Source: Pseudonocardiaceae bacterium (lineage in GTDB: Bacteria > Actinomycetota > Actinomycetes > Mycobacteriales > Pseudonocardiaceae). From it: a stretch of 64,000 nucleotides of DNA. Shown here piece by piece: positions 61,545-64,000 of this stretch (the first letter of the stretch is position 1; each line of letters opens with the position of its first letter). The DNA lies in contig DATNDR010000086.1 in assembly GCA_035606945.1 (NCBI GenBank), positions 9,145-73,144 on the forward strand, written 5' to 3'. A program made the position numbers and the translations under genes. Under the pieces are notes generated by a model, which searched no databases, was not told the DNA's origin, and saw only the letters and a program-made list of their open reading frames with translations.

Positions 61545-62837
61545 GTGGCCGATCACGAAGACGTCGACTATCCAGTGCTTGATGAACGCAGCCTACCCGC
61601 GTACCTGGCTAGGATGCCTGAGGTCGCATCACGGCTCGGCGGCGCGCCCGCCGATTGGGTTGTCCAAGAGATCGGCGATGGTAATGTGAATTTTGTCTTC
61701 GCTGTGCGCGGTCCTGGGGGCGATGTCTGCGTTAAACAGGCACTACCCTACGTCCGGGCCGTCGGTGCAGAATGGCCGCTAACCCCTGAACGTACCTCTT
61801 TTGAATATCGCGCTCTGCTTGAGCATGGTCGATACGTCGCTGGCCGAGTTCCGAAGCCACTGCACTACGACCCGCACTTGCGGCTGCTGATCGTTGAATA
61901 TCTCGGTGGGCTCACCGTGATGCGCCATGGCCTCGTGGCCGGTGCCTGCTATCCGAATTTCGCCGAGCACATCGGCAGCTATTTAGCGCAGTCGTTGTTT
62001 TTTACCTCCGACCTCGCGCTGGCAGGACCCGACAAGCGGATATTGATGTCACTATTTCACACCAACACGGAGATGTGTCAGATCATGGAGGACATGGTCT
62101 TCACAGAACCTTACTGGGATCACCCACGTAACCGCTGCACCAGCCCACAGTTGGACGACGAGCGATACCAACTTCAGCGCGACAGCCGGCTTAAAATTGC
62201 CGTGGCCAGACTCAAGACCCAGTACCTGGCCAACGCCGAAGCGTTGATCCATGGTGATCTACACACCGGCTCTATCATGGTCTCTTTAGATGATACTCGA
62301 GTTATTGATCAGGAGTTCGCCTGCTACGGCCCAATGGGATTCGATGTGGGTACCTTGCTTGCACACCTCCTGATTAACTACTTTGCTCAGATTGGTCACG
62401 GTACACCCAAAGATCCGCGCAGCAAGCAACAAGAATGGCTCCTGGAGACCGTAGTCGAAGTGTGGACAAACTTCAGACTTCATTTTTGCGCATTCTGGGA
62501 GACCTCCGGCGCGGGCGACGCTTACCCTTCCTTGCTTTTCGCCGATCCCGTCGGGCAAACGGCTTTAGCGGAAGAACGAGAATCCTATCTGGATAGGTTG
62601 TTCATCGACACGCTTGGATTTTGCGGCGCGGAGATAATCCGCCGCATCTTTGGCTTCGCCCACACGGCCGATTTCGACACAATTACCGATCCTGATCGCC
62701 GCGCCTCCTGCGAACGCTCAGCAATACGAATGGCGCACCAGCTTTTAGTCGGACCCAGTCAATACCAGACCATTACAGCGGTCACCGTCGCCGCCCGAAA
62801 GTTCGGCGAGCAATTCGGTGGAGACTATAATAAGTAG
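61545..62837 (+). CDS. mtnK: S-methyl-5-thioribose kinase family protein
   Basis: GTG start, 430 aa. VQEIGDGNVNFVF, VKQALPYVRAVGAEWPLTPER, LIHGDLHTGSIMV, VIDQEFACYGPMGFDVG and GAEIIRRIFGFAH are collinear with MtnK as I recall it (B. subtilis type). Confidence 0.8.
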   Translation: MADHEDVDYPVLDERSLPAYLARMPEVASRLGGAPADWVVQEIGDGNVNFVFAVRGPGGDVCVKQALPYVRAVGAEWPLTPERTSFEYRALLEHGRYVAGRVPKPLHYDPHLRLLIVEYLGGLTVMRHGLVAGACYPNFAEHIGSYLAQSLFFTSDLALAGPDKRILMSLFHTNTEMCQIMEDMVFTEPYWDHPRNRCTSPQLDDERYQLQRDSRLKIAVARLKTQYLANAEALIHGDLHTGSIMVSLDDTRVIDQEFACYGPMGFDVGTLLAHLLINYFAQIGHGTPKDPRSKQQEWLLETVVEVWTNFRLHFCAFWETSGAGDAYPSLLFADPVGQTALAEERESYLDRLFIDTLGFCGAEIIRRIFGFAHTADFDTITDPDRRASCERSAIRMAHQLLVGPSQYQTITAVTVAARKFGEQFGGDYNK

Positions 62838-62906
62838 TCTTTTCCGCTTGCGGGCGGCGAGGGTGTTCCACGATTGACCACCGCCTCCAGTATGGAGAGA
62901 TTGCTC

Positions 62907-63728
62907 ATGCATATATTGTTGGGAACTAGCACAGCGGAAGCTGGACGCGATAATGAGGACTTTGTGATAGCGGCCCCGGGAGCGGCTGTCCTTCTTGACG
63001 GTTCCCAAACGGCGGTTGAGCGAGACCAAGGATGTTTTCACGGCGTGGTTTGGTACGTTCAGACACTTGGCACCATATTGATCACCGAAATCATTAGTGG
63101 ATCCACCTTGTTACCGAAAGCTCTTTCGACATCTATTCAACGTGTACGGTCCCTACATGAAACGACCTGTCAACTGGACTACGCTGGAAGTCCATCGTCG
63201 ACTGTCGTGGCTATGCGAGCGAGTGCCACCGACCTTGAATATCTGGTATTGGGAGACTCTACGTTAATGCTCGACTGTTTTGATAACAACCCGGAGGTCA
63301 TCAGCGACGATCGGGAAGCACGCGTTGGACGCCAGTACCGCGCCGCGATGGACAAAGTTCCAACCGCTAGCTTAGATCATAAAATAGCGCACCGTAAATA
63401 CGTCAAAGAACTTTATGCGCACCGCAACCGCCCTGGTGGTTATTGGATAGCCAGTGGAGATCCCCATGCGGCGACTGAAGCGGTCACGGGGGTAATTCCG
63501 GTCCATGGCCTTCGGGCTATAGCTTTACTCAGTGATGGTGCGTCTCGCCTTGTTGACCGGTTTCACTTAGCCACTTGGGCCGATCTCGCAAAGGTCTTAG
63601 AAGAGCACGGGCCAGGCGAACTAATCCAACGCGTACGCGCCGCTGAGGACGGCGACCCGATCGGGCAACGCTGGCCACGCACCAAAGTTCGTGATGACAT
63701 CACCGTCGCCTATCTACGTTTACGTTAG
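62907..63728 (+). CDS. PP2C-family protein phosphatase-like protein
   Basis: ATG 62907 is preceded by GGAGAG. GRDNEDFV, AVLLDGS, LGDSTLML, ALLSDGASRLV and RDDITVAYL match the PP2C/SpoIIE metal-binding Asp motifs. Confidence 0.7.
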   Translation: MHILLGTSTAEAGRDNEDFVIAAPGAAVLLDGSQTAVERDQGCFHGVVWYVQTLGTILITEIISGSTLLPKALSTSIQRVRSLHETTCQLDYAGSPSSTVVAMRASATDLEYLVLGDSTLMLDCFDNNPEVISDDREARVGRQYRAAMDKVPTASLDHKIAHRKYVKELYAHRNRPGGYWIASGDPHAATEAVTGVIPVHGLRAIALLSDGASRLVDRFHLATWADLAKVLEEHGPGELIQRVRAAEDGDPIGQRWPRTKVRDDITVAYLRLR

Positions 63729-63751
63729 TCCGATCGGGGGTCCGACGCGAC

Positions 63752-63895
63752 ATGGCTAGGCACGGCTACGCCACGTTCGCCGTGGACCGGCTCGGCACCG
63801 GCCAGAGCAGCAAGCCGCCCAGCGTCACATTGCTGAGCAGTGTCGAGGCGGCATCGATCCATCAGATCGTTGGCCACCTGCGCGCCGGCCGATAG
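63752..63895 (+). pseudogene. alpha/beta-hydrolase gene fragment
   Basis: High-GC DNA resumes here. MARHGYATFAVDRLGTGQSSKPPS... matches the region preceding the nucleophile elbow of alpha/beta hydrolases. An in-frame TAG after 47 codons follows, and both the N-terminus and the GxSxG part are missing. Confidence 0.4.
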
Positions 63896-64000
63896 GCGCG
63901 GGCGTCGCGACGCTGGAAGCAGCCGCTTACCAGGACCAATTGTCGATCCTCGGCTTCGGGCTGTTTCTGACATTCGGTGACGAGGGTCCCGCATCGGGTC

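Overview
High-GC actinobacterial chromosome with Corynebacteriales/Mycobacterium-type synteny. From memory it matches the M. tuberculosis Rv3596c-Rv3628 block: clpC1, lsr2, (lysS), coaX, panD, panC, Rv3603c-3605c-like genes, folK, folB, folP, folE, ftsH, hpt, tilS, a Zn-protease, dacB and ppa, covering about 25-47.4 kb. Upstream lie housekeeping genes (pheA, glpQ-like, carbonic anhydrase, mutY, mhuD-like). There is also a LytS/LytTR two-component locus followed by two DUF485 + solute:sodium symporter modules. The second symporter is fused in frame to a TM helix and a seven-bladed YVTN beta-propeller. Several genes are decayed: lysS, an ABC-F ATPase and an alpha/beta-hydrolase fragment. Two families of short intergenic repeats recur, and one of them supplies the apparent hpt start codon. 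From about 53 kb to 63.75 kb the composition drops visibly and the content becomes accessory. This part holds two small low-complexity peptide genes with good RBSs, mobile-element debris (an FtsK-like fragment and a tRNA 3' fragment) and an orphan STAS protein. It ends in a compact low-GC five-gene block: an unknown 241-aa protein plus an ACAD-fold flavoprotein, divergent from an FAD amine oxidase, an MtnK-family kinase and a PP2C phosphatase. I cannot assign that block to any known pathway or defence system, and it is my best candidate for an undescribed system. All calls come from reading the ORF translations and sequence by eye, with no searches run. Start codons were often re-assigned from the supplied maximal ORFs.
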